DNA of 64,000 bases from Methanobacteriota archaeon (GCA_020696385.1 JAEHCQ010000001.1:512001-576000); one strand, 5' to 3'. Shown: positions 1-10,534, numbered from the stretch's first letter. Numbers and translations: made by a program. Notes: generated by a model from the letters alone, not told the origin.

Positions 1-1
1 G

Positions 2-382
2 CTCATATTCGGGACAATGTTCGGTTGCACTGGAGCCATCCTGGAAGCGATCGGAGATATGGGAGAATTATGGATCCCATTGGCATCCCTCATAGTCGCC
101 ACCATAATAACAGCCATCACATTCGTGATCATGGTGAAGATATTCGTGAACAGCCAGGGAAGCACAGCCGTCGGCCTTTCTGACCTGGTGGAACTCGAAG
201 CTCTGGTCACCATAAAAATAACAAAGGAAGATCCTGGACAGATAGTGGCAACAACCGAACAGAGGGGGCGAGTGACCGCTTCTGCAGTTGCAGATGAAGA
301 TATTGCTACAAACAGTCAGGTGAAGATCACAGGAGTTATAGGTAACTCCGTTAGAGTAGAAAAATTGAACAAGGAGGAATAA
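2..382 (+). CDS. NfeD-like (YuaF-type) membrane protein with C-terminal OB fold; 5' end lies outside the window
   Basis: Frame is open from position 2; hydrophobic helices then a GxI..G..V.A.A...I.....V.I..V.GN.V.V pattern; directly upstream of a flotillin gene, the classic NfeD-SPFH pairing. Confidence 0.8.
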   Translation, partial: LIFGTMFGCTGAILEAIGDMGELWIPLASLIVATIITAITFVIMVKIFVNSQGSTAVGLSDLVELEALVTIKITKEDPGQIVATTEQRGRVTASAVADEDIATNSQVKITGVIGNSVRVEKLNKEE

Positions 383-384
383 AA

Positions 385-1773
385 TTGGAAGCAGAAACGA
401 TCATAATAACTATGATTATGCTAGCGGTAGCCGTATTTGTTGCACTTGTTGTACTGTACGCTTCTCGCTACAAGAAAGTACCACCAGACAGAGCGATGGT
501 AGTTTACGGGAAGAGAGGATTTAAGGTCATCACCGGAGGTGCGAAGTTCATTGTACCGATAGTTGAAGCTTATGAATTCCTTCCCTTGGACGTGAGAACA
601 CTGGACGTCAATGTCCAGGATATTGTTACAGATGTGACAAGAAGTGGAGCCAGGGTCAATATCAAATCAGTTGCCCAGGTCAAGGTATCAAGTGATAAGA
701 AAGTATTACACACCGCGGCCGAGCATCTACTTCACAAATCCCCATCCGAGATAGATGAGATCGCCATGAAGACACTTGAAGGTCATGTAAGAGGCGTATG
801 TGCCACCCTGACAGTCGAGGAGATCAACAGTGATCGTGACATGGTCGGAGGCAAGATCCAAAATGGAGCTGGCAATGACCTTATGAACATGGGAATCTCC
901 ATCAGATCCTTCGTGATAAGGGATCTTGAAGACGAGCACGGATACCTGAATGCCCTCGGTATAAAGAGGACCGAGGAGGTCAAGAGGGATGCGAGGGTCG
1001 GTAAGGCCAATGCCAACAGGGAAGCCACCATACAGGAAGCTATTGCTGCCCAGCAAGGGGAGCAGGCCAATGCCGAGGCTGAGGCACAAGTTGCCGTTTA
1101 CCACAGAGACAGGGACATGACCCGTCAAAAGGCTGAAGCTGAAGTTGAGAAAGAACGAGCCAACAAGGAGATATCCTACTCTATTCAGGATGCTAAAAGA
1201 AAGCAGGAACTGATCGTTGAACAGAGAAACATCGACATCAGGGACAAGGAGAAAAGAGTGGAGCTCCAGCAAAAAGAGGTTCTCAGGAAAACACAGGAGC
1301 AGGAAGCCGAGCAGGTTGTCCCAGCCAGAGCCATGGCCAGTGCGAAGATCGCCGAGGCAGATGGTGAAAGACAGAGACTGGCCCTTGTTGCCGCTGGTGA
1401 AGCTGAGAAGATCAGACAAGAAGGTAAGGCAGAAGCTGACGTCATAAGGATGAAAGGTCAGGCAGAGGGAGAGGCCATCCTGGCCAAAGGTCTTGCAGAG
1501 GCCGAGGCCATGGAAAAGAAGGCCCTTGCCTGGGAGAAATATGGCAAGGCGGCTTTGACAGAGATCATTGTCGGACAGCTACCAGCCATAGTTGCCGAGG
1601 CTGCAAAACCACTGCAGAACACCGAGAAGCTCATTATCATGGGTACTGACGGACCATCCAGATTGGTGGACAATGTGGTCAATATCGCGGCCCAGGCTCC
1701 AGACCTGGTGAAATCCCTGACTGGCATGGAAGTGAGTGAATTGGCCGGTAAGGTGAAAGATCTCATCAAGTGA
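385..1773 (+). CDS. Flotillin-like SPFH/band 7 protein
   Basis: N-terminal TM, SPFH domain (YKKVPPDRAMVVYG, TLEGHVR), long AEA/EAE coiled-coil flotillin region; TTG start after a GGAGG SD. Confidence 0.92.
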   Translation: MEAETIIITMIMLAVAVFVALVVLYASRYKKVPPDRAMVVYGKRGFKVITGGAKFIVPIVEAYEFLPLDVRTLDVNVQDIVTDVTRSGARVNIKSVAQVKVSSDKKVLHTAAEHLLHKSPSEIDEIAMKTLEGHVRGVCATLTVEEINSDRDMVGGKIQNGAGNDLMNMGISIRSFVIRDLEDEHGYLNALGIKRTEEVKRDARVGKANANREATIQEAIAAQQGEQANAEAEAQVAVYHRDRDMTRQKAEAEVEKERANKEISYSIQDAKRKQELIVEQRNIDIRDKEKRVELQQKEVLRKTQEQEAEQVVPARAMASAKIAEADGERQRLALVAAGEAEKIRQEGKAEADVIRMKGQAEGEAILAKGLAEAEAMEKKALAWEKYGKAALTEIIVGQLPAIVAEAAKPLQNTEKLIIMGTDGPSRLVDNVVNIAAQAPDLVKSLTGMEVSELAGKVKDLIK

Positions 1774-1804
1774 TTGGACAGCAAGATAATCGACAAACAG
1801 TAAA

Positions 1805-1853
1805 TGCCCGCCGTTAAAAGGCGGGCAAATTTTAATTTTTTAATTTCTTTTAT
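1805..1853 (+). terminator. Hairpin plus T-tract terminator of nfeD-flotillin
   Basis: TGCCCGCC-N7-GGCGGGCA perfect 8-bp stem followed by T runs. Confidence 0.7.
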
Positions 1854-1935
1854 TACCAGCAGTGTTTGTTTCGATATGAATTTGTTTTTATCCCATACCG
1901 AAAATATTATAATACTCGCGCTTATCCTTTCCATC

Positions 1936-2763
1936 ATGCGCTTCAGCGTTGTCATCATAGTACGAAATGGCGAGATATTCATGCGAGACGCACTGGATAG
2001 TCTCGCACATCAATCTGTCAAGCCAGATGAAGTCATCGTCGTGGATGCGGAGAGCACTGACCGCACACAGGATATTACCAAAGAATATGTGAAGAAATAT
2101 GATTTCATCAAGCTTTTCATCGAGCCTGGAACACGTGGCGAGGGGCGTAATTACGGAGTCAAGGTCTCAACTGGTGACATGGTGGCCTTCATGGATGCGG
2201 ACGCGATCGCCAATGGCCTCTGGGTGGAGGAGATGAAAAGAGCCATGGAGAATGCGGATGTCGTCGCTGGCCGTGAGGTGAGGCTGGGATACACTGGCTT
2301 CACATCCCTAAAACGTGTCGGCATGCTGCACAAAGGTGTGGATATCACATACCCCAGCGTCAATCTGGCCTACAAGAGGTCTGTATTCAATGCCATTGGA
2401 GGATTTGATTCATGGTTCAAGGAAGCTGAAGAAGTGGATCTCAACTTCCGAGCGGTGGATGCTGGCTACAAACTTGTCTTCAATGAGAAGGCGATAGTCT
2501 ATCATAGGGCCAGGGAGACCTTTACAGGTTTCTTGAAGCAATCCTTCTGGTATGGATTTGGCAGGAAGGAGCTCTCTCTGAGGCATGGAACATTATGGCA
2601 GACCTACGAACCATTGGAAATGGTCAAGGTCAGCAAGGATGAATCGGTGTGGAAATTAATTCGTCTGGGTGCATCCTTTTTCGGCTACATATTCTGCAAG
2701 ATCACTGGGAAAAAGGAGACCATGAAGAACAGGCTGAGAGAATCAAAGGCCAGTGAGAGATGA
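1936..2763 (+). CDS. Glycosyltransferase family 2
   Basis: MRFSVVIIVRN...EVIVVDAESTDRT...RNYG...FMDAD; likely start is ATG 1936 because the longer ORF from 1804 runs through the terminator. Confidence 0.9.
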   Translation: MRFSVVIIVRNGEIFMRDALDSLAHQSVKPDEVIVVDAESTDRTQDITKEYVKKYDFIKLFIEPGTRGEGRNYGVKVSTGDMVAFMDADAIANGLWVEEMKRAMENADVVAGREVRLGYTGFTSLKRVGMLHKGVDITYPSVNLAYKRSVFNAIGGFDSWFKEAEEVDLNFRAVDAGYKLVFNEKAIVYHRARETFTGFLKQSFWYGFGRKELSLRHGTLWQTYEPLEMVKVSKDESVWKLIRLGASFFGYIFCKITGKKETMKNRLRESKASER

Positions 2764-2798
2764 TAATATTTTTATTATTATCATAGTGAGATGAGATC

Positions 2799-3014
2799 AT
2801 GAAAATATCATGCAAGATCGAGATAGGATTTGACACCAAGGAAAAGGCAGATGCCGTGTCCAGTTCCATCAAGGTCGATGATGAGAATTATGTCAGAACC
2901 GATATTGTTGATAATGTGCTTGTGGCGACCATCACGGCTGATAGTGTTCCATCGCTGAATCACACCATTGAGGATTATATGGCGTGTTTGAGTATTGCGG
3001 AAAAAACTGTTTAA
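2799..3014 (+). CDS. pcc1: KEOPS complex subunit Pcc1
   Basis: 71 aa; A..V..SI.VD...I.ADS..SL..TI.DY..CL.IAE pattern of the Pcc1 family. Confidence 0.8.
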   Translation: MKISCKIEIGFDTKEKADAVSSSIKVDDENYVRTDIVDNVLVATITADSVPSLNHTIEDYMACLSIAEKTV

Positions 3015-3050
3015 TATATCAGCGATACTCAAGAGTATTGCGGAAAAAAC
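2990..3050. repeat. 18-bp direct repeat duplicating the pcc1 3' end
   Basis: GAGTATTGCGGAAAAAAC at 2990-3007 and 3033-3050; hairpin GCGATACTC-AA-GAGTATTGC at 3022-3041. Confidence 0.8.
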
Positions 3051-3087
3051 AATTGGAACAAACACTTATCTGATTGGTGAATAAAAT

Positions 3088-3140
3088 CGTGTTAGTTCTT
3101 CTAATCGCTAGTAATATACAGAATATAGGCGATTAGAAAA
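3088..3140 (-). repeat. Dispersed 10-20-10 inverted-repeat element, copy 1
   Basis: TTCTAATCGC (3099-3108), N20, GCGATTAGAA (3129-3138); its reverse complement is near-identical to the copy at 24353-24406. Confidence 0.9.
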
Positions 3141-3147
3141 TAGAATA

Positions 3148-5097
3148 TCAATCTGATTTTATTCCATCCCTTACCTTGATACCTATGCCGGCCTTGAAAG
3201 ATATCAATTCATCTCTTATCATACTGGTTCTACCGCATGCCACCAGTTTGTCATCTGTATCGACCACCAGTACCTCGTCCCCGGGTATGAGTTCCGGATC
3301 CGCATCAATCACGAACTTGGCGAAAACATTCAACCCATCTTGATTGAAGACAGCTGTTTCTTTATCAACAATAACACGCAGTTTAGGACTTGGCAGAGCC
3401 TTGTGAAGTAGTTTGGCTCCAGCTGGCTTTAGAGTGAAGAAGCCATCACCAGCCCTCATTGATAGGATATGATCACCATCGGCCATGACATTTCGTATCT
3501 TCCCTGTCTTTCGGGATTTCTTCAATGTCACCTCGCCTTTGAAGAGAATATCCGCAGAATCTTTGCCAAACTGAAGGTCCGCGACAGCCCGGATGCGGAG
3601 CATGTCCAGGTCAAAGCTGCCGGGTTCGGATGAAAGGAAACCGATATTATCAAGGGTTTCCTGGCCCTCCCAGTAAATTCCTTGTCCTTTGAAATAATCC
3701 TCGGATAATTCCTTCAAAAGATCATTCTTTTCCTTCAGGATAGTTCCTTCAAGGCGATCCGGTGTCATGGATTGAGCCAGTGGATAGGCCTCGTCCAGTT
3801 CGATGGGCACTGGCCCGAAATAAGAATCCACCCAGAAATGCACATCACCCTGGGCGATAGAATTTTTTATATTATCGACATGGGTCCTTGAATAAGGCTT
3901 ATTGCTCTCCGGGAAGATCACATAGATAGGTTTGTCTGGCTGTTCATAGCGCTGGACCACCCGCTTCTTGAACCTGGAAACAGTAGGTCTTTGATAGCTT
4001 AATGATGAATTATGAAGAAATGCCAGATCCCTGCTCAATGGCTCGTATTTTTCCAGAGTGTCTTGGTACTTTGCAAATCTTCTGAGAGCCTCCATCAAAG
4101 ATGGATGGTTACGGCATCTGGTCTCGGTAAATTCCCACAGATGTCCTTCCACAATGGCCTGCCTCACCCTCCTGATCTCGGCAAATGATGCATGGAGATT
4201 ATGTCTGGCCAGTAGTTTTTCCTTGTCTGGAGCGTCCTTCAGCTCCTGGACACTGTGAGAGGAGCATATCGGACACTCACATGGCAATGTTTCCAACTCT
4301 TCCAGGAATCTCGTGCCATCCGGGAACATCATCCTACCCTTATTGGCGAACTTCGCATAAGCTGCAGAATCAAAAAGGTCGCAACCCATGAGCGCGGCCA
4401 GGGAGAATATCAATGGATGTCCACATCCGAATAGATGTACTGGTATCCCGGGATCCAGATGTTTCTTGGAGGACATCACGACGTCCACTAAAGTGGCATA
4501 ATGTTGCTTTTCCATCAAAGGAACAACCCCGCCGATGGGAAATAGGTCTATATCGAGCTTGGACGATTCCTCGGCAGATCTTTCCCTGAGATCCTTGAAG
4601 ACCCCTCCCTGTATCGTGCCAGCGATCATCATGTCCCCTTTTGCCTCAACTGACATTTTTGCCCGTTCCAATGTGATATCTAGATCCTTGGATGCTTTGT
4701 CATGCTTGTCCTCGGGTTCGGTGAAGATATCCAGTATAGTGCCTATATCCGAGCCTATACTTTTCTGAAATTCAATGATCTCCAGGGGGTCCAGGGGGAC
4801 CTCGCCATAGATATGGGACTGGAAAGTACCGGAATCTGTCATAATGGTCCCATCAAAATCAAGAAGATCATGCAAGCCCGATTTCAAAGCCCGATCTCTC
4901 AGATCATCATTCTTCTTGATGATATAGGAATTTGTGATCAGAGCCTGGATGCCGAATTCTTCGACCATCTCCTTTGGGGTGATCAAAAGTAGATTTGGAT
5001 TGATGACTGGCAGTAATGTGGGAGTGTCCACTGTATTGCTTCTTGTTTTGAACCTGCATATACGTGACTGACCATCCCTGTGTCTTAATTCCAGCAT
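3148..5097 (-). CDS. tgtA: Archaeosine tRNA-guanine(15) transglycosylase
   Basis: TPTLLPVINP, MTDSGTFQ, HLFGCGHP, DLFDSAAY, CxCxxC Zn site, C-terminal PUA domain. Confidence 0.96.
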   Translation of the reverse strand: MLELRHRDGQSRICRFKTRSNTVDTPTLLPVINPNLLLITPKEMVEEFGIQALITNSYIIKKNDDLRDRALKSGLHDLLDFDGTIMTDSGTFQSHIYGEVPLDPLEIIEFQKSIGSDIGTILDIFTEPEDKHDKASKDLDITLERAKMSVEAKGDMMIAGTIQGGVFKDLRERSAEESSKLDIDLFPIGGVVPLMEKQHYATLVDVVMSSKKHLDPGIPVHLFGCGHPLIFSLAALMGCDLFDSAAYAKFANKGRMMFPDGTRFLEELETLPCECPICSSHSVQELKDAPDKEKLLARHNLHASFAEIRRVRQAIVEGHLWEFTETRCRNHPSLMEALRRFAKYQDTLEKYEPLSRDLAFLHNSSLSYQRPTVSRFKKRVVQRYEQPDKPIYVIFPESNKPYSRTHVDNIKNSIAQGDVHFWVDSYFGPVPIELDEAYPLAQSMTPDRLEGTILKEKNDLLKELSEDYFKGQGIYWEGQETLDNIGFLSSEPGSFDLDMLRIRAVADLQFGKDSADILFKGEVTLKKSRKTGKIRNVMADGDHILSMRAGDGFFTLKPAGAKLLHKALPSPKLRVIVDKETAVFNQDGLNVFAKFVIDADPELIPGDEVLVVDTDDKLVACGRTSMIRDELISFKAGIGIKVRDGIKSD

Positions 5098-5183
5098 CGT
5101 ATGTGGGAAAACGAACTTCAATATTATGTTTATGGGTTCTTGGATATGACTATGAAAATAGATCCATTATTGAATTGAAGGGC

Positions 5184-6329
5184 TTATCTGCGCCATCCTT
5201 CTCTGTAAACGGAGGAATCACTTCTCAGTCTGTGCTGTACAAGTCCTCCGACCAGGGCGATCAATAGACCAATAGCTATCTCGAATATTATGCTCGTCTC
5301 AGTACCATCAAATGGAAGCTCCGAGATCATCATCATGTAATGAACTCCACCCAGTATGAGGAAAGTGACTGCGATTATGGATGTGGTGATTATCCAGAAG
5401 GATTTGGGGATCATCTCTCTGCTTATCAAGGAATTGGCCAGATTCTTGGATTCGAAGACAAGAATGCTACCTGCGAACCAATATATTCCACCACTCATGA
5501 AAAGGATGGATCGATTGAATGCCCCCTCCGAAAGATCGGAAAGCTCCACTGTGGCACTATCATATCCTTTCAGAATACCAAAGAGGAATAGGAATAGGGA
5601 GAATATGAAGAAGGGTAATGTTAGATCGCCTTCGGACAATGATCGCCTGATCTTCCTTGGCCCATGCTTGAAGAAGTCTCCTATCCTGTAAGCACTCTGG
5701 AGCAGGAAAAGTCCAAGCATGAAGGAAAAGGTACCGAATGCTCGCTCGGAAAGTCCATTGATCCCCCCCTCAAAATTTCCCTGAAATATAAGATTGAAAA
5801 AGGGAAGTATGGAAATACCTCCATATGCGATAAGGATGATCGCTATTGGAGCGATGAACTTCTTCCTCATCTTCGCATCCTTGAGAACCTTGATTATATG
5901 ATAATAGAGGGATTCGATACTGCGAGACTGTTTGACCATCACGCTCCGGACTGAATCCACCTTGATCCTGGATGAAATTATAGGAAAAATGAATTCATCC
6001 TCGGCTCCATTGCTGACCAGTATGGCATTTGTGGCTCCCGTGGCCTCAATGGCCTCCTCAAGCTGTTTCGTGAGTATTATATCGGAATTATAACCAACAT
6101 CAGCATCTCCAAGAATGGTCGCTATGTCCACATCCAGTCCTCGTTTCTTAACATCATCATATGTGGATATGGCAGCAAGGATGGTGTTTGTATCCGCATC
6201 CTCTGGGTCCGCTATACCCAGAGCTAATGCGGCCTTAACATTTTCTTCCCGGCCTATAACCGGCCCTTCGAAATCCGTCTTGATCCCAAGGTCATTATCC
6301 CTATCAACACACAATACGAGAACTTTCAT
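5184..6329 (-). CDS. DUF373 family membrane protein
   Basis: N-terminal MKVLVLCVDRDNDLGIK...DPEDADTN, VKQS..IE, multiple C-terminal TMs. Confidence 0.88.
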   Translation of the reverse strand: MKVLVLCVDRDNDLGIKTDFEGPVIGREENVKAALALGIADPEDADTNTILAAISTYDDVKKRGLDVDIATILGDADVGYNSDIILTKQLEEAIEATGATNAILVSNGAEDEFIFPIISSRIKVDSVRSVMVKQSRSIESLYYHIIKVLKDAKMRKKFIAPIAIILIAYGGISILPFFNLIFQGNFEGGINGLSERAFGTFSFMLGLFLLQSAYRIGDFFKHGPRKIRRSLSEGDLTLPFFIFSLFLFLFGILKGYDSATVELSDLSEGAFNRSILFMSGGIYWFAGSILVFESKNLANSLISREMIPKSFWIITTSIIAVTFLILGGVHYMMMISELPFDGTETSIIFEIAIGLLIALVGGLVQHRLRSDSSVYREGWRR

Positions 6330-6509
6330 CGTCTCTGGACCATCCAGTATTTTTATTTTGTTATGACTATATAGATGTATGTACTTATTTAACTTTCCAT
6401 ACATATTTCATACATATTTAGCTAATAATTGATATGATATACTATCTGCATTGAACAAGTGTAGATCGGTCGAACTCCAACAGGTTGGATCAGATCAAAA
6501 TATTATATA

Positions 6510-7283
6510 TTATTTTGACCCAAGGTATCGGCCAAAGCACAGATATCCAGTATGTCCAAGCATCTGGAAATCAGGTCTTGTACCTTTTTCTCCCACGACC
6601 AGATTTCTCAATAGGGTCTCCTGAGCCCTTATATCACTAAAATTCCTTCCTCTGAGATCCTTCACCGTGGATTCTATCTGGTTCATTGACGGAACATAGG
6701 CACACAAGGATCCGCCAGGCTTCAATGCACCCTCAACCATGTCAAGGAATCTCCAAGGTTCGGGATTATCTATCACAGCTGCATCGTACATATCCCTGTC
6801 ATCACAACTGTGGCCATCCCTTGCTTGTATATCCACAATATCGGAGAAGCCAGCATTGACAATATTGCTCTTTGCCAATTTGGCCGCTCTCTCATTTATC
6901 TCATAGGATGTGATGTGACCCATTGGACCAACCGCCCAGGCCATCATCATGGTCAGGTGTCCGGATCCAGTTCCAATCTCCAGAACATTTGAGCCAGGTG
7001 ATATCCCGCATCCCATGATTATCTCGGCCCCATCCTTCTGCATGATGATCTGTGCTCCTCTTTTGGAAACCTCTATAATATCAGTGATCGAAGGTCTAAG
7101 GCAAATATACGGCTCGCCAGCGAATTCCACAGTATCGCCTATCGTGATATTGGCTAATTTGGATGTATCGATAACTCCCAGCCTGGAATATTTTTGCATC
7201 CCCTGATCTGGTCGTACCAGGAACTTCTCCATCTTTTTATTGATCAAGAGTATCTGTTTAACAGGATTTTCGTTATCTTGCAT
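6510..7283 (-). CDS. trmI: tRNA (adenine57/58-N1)-methyltransferase
   Basis: RGAQII..KD, VLEIGTGSG, D.PEPW, TRP...MLGHTGYL. Confidence 0.93.
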   Translation of the reverse strand: MQDNENPVKQILLINKKMEKFLVRPDQGMQKYSRLGVIDTSKLANITIGDTVEFAGEPYICLRPSITDIIEVSKRGAQIIMQKDGAEIIMGCGISPGSNVLEIGTGSGHLTMMMAWAVGPMGHITSYEINERAAKLAKSNIVNAGFSDIVDIQARDGHSCDDRDMYDAAVIDNPEPWRFLDMVEGALKPGGSLCAYVPSMNQIESTVKDLRGRNFSDIRAQETLLRNLVVGEKGTRPDFQMLGHTGYLCFGRYLGSK

Positions 7284-7522
7284 ACACTTCAAAAACACAT
7301 AATAGCATATATTACTATTTCTTCTATATGATCATGAATATATGTAGGCACAATTAATGGTTTCATATTTACTCCAAAACATAGGCAAACTTTTTATATA
7401 TTTTTTTCAAATAGAAACAAAATAATAATTAATATTAAGGTATGATGATATTATGTAATAAATTATTATATTTAATTAACTAATTATTGAATATTATTAT
7501 TATATTTATTTTATAAGAATGT

Positions 7523-7639
7523 CGAAATCTTTATATACGTTGAGAATTATGAATGACATAACTCGAACCCACACGCTAAAGCTAGGATGGGAACAAAAAA
7601 AGGAAGAGCAAAAACAGAGATTATAGGAGGAAAAACTCT
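7523..7639 (+). promoter_or_regulatory. BRE/TATA promoter and long 5' UTR with SD of the surface-protein gene
   Basis: CGAAATCTTTATATA at ~7523-7537 at the end of a very AT-rich spacer; GGAGG at 7626-7630. Confidence 0.55.
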
Positions 7640-10411
7640 ATGACAAATACTTGGCAGAAGGGAAGCGCCCTACTTATGGTAGGCGTGATGATGATCAGTA
7701 CACTGGTAGCATTTATTAGTGCGCCAGTGGTAATAGCAGACACAGAGATCACACAGAACATCGTTGATCTTGACTACAATACTAACTTCATGCTTGAAGA
7801 AGCTGTGTACAACATAGATCCTACAGATAACTCATACTATGAATTGGGTGAAGCTGAGGATCAAGCACAGGACTGGATAGCATCTGCAAACACAGTGGAC
7901 ATAACACTCAACAGACAAATAGGTGGTCTGGGAGATGTTACATTGGAAATAACAAGTTTCACACAGACTGTGTTCGATTTCCAGGATGCTGACGAGGCAA
8001 CACCTGTTCCAGGTAGCATTACCTGGGATGCAAATGCCACAGCAAGCGGAGTATTCAGATTCACATTTGATATTCTGGAAACCGCAGTACTGGGACATTC
8101 AGATTCAACAACAAGGCTCAGCATGAGGGCCAGCAATGTAACAGATTCCAACATTGGAACCTTTTACGTATGGATCCACATAAGCTCCATATTTGATGAC
8201 CCAGCTGGTGCTGTAGCATGGCCTGTTGTCGATGACATGGGCGTAGGTGAAGCAGACATGATGTTCGAGGCTGGCGATGTGTTCGCTCCAGCAAGAGTTC
8301 GATTCACCAACTTCGGTGACGAATCCATCAACAATCTTGAGTGTATCTTGACACCACCAACAGACAGTGGCATAACTGTTAGGAATGACAGAGCTCTTAT
8401 TGTAGAGGACATAGCAACTGGCACAACAGCTGATGCAACATACAGAATAGATGTTGCAAACAACACTGATGCAGGCATATACCCTTGTGAAATAGCTTTA
8501 ACATACACAAGGACAGATGGTGCAGGATTCACAATCACCGAGCCAGTAGACCAAGAGGTCGAACTGCTAGTGAACTACAACTTCTACACCACTGATCCAT
8601 ACCCAGCAACAAACACGGAATCACCATTCCAGTGCTACGCAAGCGAGGTCTCCATAGTCGGTATCGGCAATGATACAAGGCAGGATGTACCACCTTACAT
8701 GGCTACCACAATCGAGCAGAGCGTGGCCAGTGATGAGGAGATAACCTTCCAGGTTGACATAACCAACAACGGTAATGTAGACTTGGAGAGAGTCACCTAC
8801 ATGCTGGACATCGAAGACTCTGGTGCACCTTCAAACTGGGACTATTTTCGTAACCCTCAGATGTACTACACCTCAACAAGCGGCCCTGGTACTGTTACTG
8901 ATGATATCTCTATTATGTTTGATACACACCCAGTTGGAGAAGTACGAAGCTTCTTGATCACAGCATTTGTTGTGAACGACATACCAATAGGTGAGCACAG
9001 GCTTCCAATCATATACGATGGATTCTTCTTTGATGAGGCAGTTCTGGGAACATCAACCGATATGGCACCTATCGCCGGTGGCGATGGTATGACCACAGTC
9101 GGTGATGCAGATGCACTCGAGCTTGTCTTCAGTGTTATCGTCACAGATGTTGTTGAAATCGCATGCCACGTCGATAATATAGTAGCACCTGTAGCAGGCG
9201 CTGGAGCTAAGGCAGATATCACAGCAAACGATATCACCTTGGATCTACACAACGACGAGCAGTACGACTTCATCGATGTTCAGGTTAGAGGTAACTTCAC
9301 TGGCACACCATGGTACAACCCAGTCATAGGAATGGGTAGTCCACTTGTTTGGTCAGAGGAAGCAAACCCAGCAAGCCCACAAGACGTTTGGGGAGCTGGC
9401 GGCTTTATCGGTCTGACATTCACTGTCGACACCGATCCAGACCTGGTTCCAGACAGATACCCATTCTCATTGGAGATCACAGCTGTTATCAACAACACCT
9501 TGGAAGTTGTCGAGATAACCATCGACTACACACTTGGTGCAGTTGTTGACTTCGCAGGATACGGTCCAAGGATCAGCATCGAGGCATTCAGCAACAGCGA
9601 TATCATGCCTGGTGAGGAATTCAACCTCGACATCACCGTTACCAACTACGGCGATGACACACTGAGAGATGGATGGATCATAGTACCAAGTGATGACACC
9701 GTATTCCAGCAATGGGATCCAATCTGTGACTTCATTGGACAGATCCAGAGGGTCAGCGAAAACTTCACTGAGATTGACGACAGATCACTACCAGGTCCAG
9801 GCGACCCATACATTAACCAGTCTGAAGAACTAGTGAACACATGGGAAGGCGCACAGGTCACTCTCGAATCACTTGATATCGACAGTGCAAGGGAAATCAT
9901 TGAGTTGAACCTTTTCATCGATGGTGTCTACTCAAGCCCATCCGCAAGGATAACTGTGATCAGGTTGATCGATCTTGGCCCAGGTGAGAACTTCACAGCC
10001 AACTTCGTCATGTACGCAGACAAGGACATGGTCAACGGTAAGGCATACGTTATACCAGTCACAATGAGAGGAATAGACTCAGAAGATGCTGGAACACAGA
10101 TCATTCAGCAGATATCTGTTATGACCTCATTGCCTGGCGAGACATACGATGCGACAGAAGGCGACTGGTTTGACACAGGAATCAAGGCTCTCGGTCTTGC
10201 TCTCTTCTTTGTCATCATAGTTGCTTTGTTCTTGATGGTATTCAACAAGTACAAAGGCGACTCAGAATACGATGATGACTATGACGACGAGGATGAGTTC
10301 GGATTCGAGGACGATGATGACTACGAACCAATGGGTATGGATGAGGCTCCACCAGTGGAGACCCCAGAAGCACCACCATTGCCTCCAGAAGAGCAGCTCG
10401 TTGAGCCATAA
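7640..10411 (+). CDS. Large acidic secreted surface (S-layer-like, COG1361-type) glycoprotein with C-terminal TM anchor
   Basis: Signal peptide; D/E/T/V-rich and Lys-poor; repeated Ig/CARDB-like starts (FTNFGD, ITNNGN, VTNYGD); many N-x-S/T sequons; TM helix then D/E/P tail. Confidence 0.75.
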   Translation: MTNTWQKGSALLMVGVMMISTLVAFISAPVVIADTEITQNIVDLDYNTNFMLEEAVYNIDPTDNSYYELGEAEDQAQDWIASANTVDITLNRQIGGLGDVTLEITSFTQTVFDFQDADEATPVPGSITWDANATASGVFRFTFDILETAVLGHSDSTTRLSMRASNVTDSNIGTFYVWIHISSIFDDPAGAVAWPVVDDMGVGEADMMFEAGDVFAPARVRFTNFGDESINNLECILTPPTDSGITVRNDRALIVEDIATGTTADATYRIDVANNTDAGIYPCEIALTYTRTDGAGFTITEPVDQEVELLVNYNFYTTDPYPATNTESPFQCYASEVSIVGIGNDTRQDVPPYMATTIEQSVASDEEITFQVDITNNGNVDLERVTYMLDIEDSGAPSNWDYFRNPQMYYTSTSGPGTVTDDISIMFDTHPVGEVRSFLITAFVVNDIPIGEHRLPIIYDGFFFDEAVLGTSTDMAPIAGGDGMTTVGDADALELVFSVIVTDVVEIACHVDNIVAPVAGAGAKADITANDITLDLHNDEQYDFIDVQVRGNFTGTPWYNPVIGMGSPLVWSEEANPASPQDVWGAGGFIGLTFTVDTDPDLVPDRYPFSLEITAVINNTLEVVEITIDYTLGAVVDFAGYGPRISIEAFSNSDIMPGEEFNLDITVTNYGDDTLRDGWIIVPSDDTVFQQWDPICDFIGQIQRVSENFTEIDDRSLPGPGDPYINQSEELVNTWEGAQVTLESLDIDSAREIIELNLFIDGVYSSPSARITVIRLIDLGPGENFTANFVMYADKDMVNGKAYVIPVTMRGIDSEDAGTQIIQQISVMTSLPGETYDATEGDWFDTGIKALGLALFFVIIVALFLMVFNKYKGDSEYDDDYDDEDEFGFEDDDDYEPMGMDEAPPVETPEAPPLPPEEQLVEP

Positions 10412-10439
10412 GCACGTCTGAGATGTGAAATACAATTAA

Positions 10440-10491
10440 TTTGAGCCCTTAACTGGGCTCAAACCCTTTACTTTTTTTCATTTTATTTTTC
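10440..10491 (+). terminator. Hairpin plus T-tract terminator
   Basis: TTTGAGCCC-N6-GGGCTCAAA followed by T runs. Confidence 0.7.
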
Positions 10492-10534
10492 ATTAAGCTT
10501 GTGCTAATTTACAATAAATAGATTTTAGTATGCA

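Noticed and set aside
3088-3140. Integron attC site as the identity of the 10-20-10 repeat
   Set aside because: No paired RYYYAAC/GTTRRRY boxes, flanking genes are convergent core genes rather than cassettes, and there is no integrase.
7300-7560. Replication origin in the very AT-rich spacer
   Set aside because: No ORB-like repeats or adjacent cdc6/orc1; it is explained as the divergent promoter region of trmI and the surface-protein gene.
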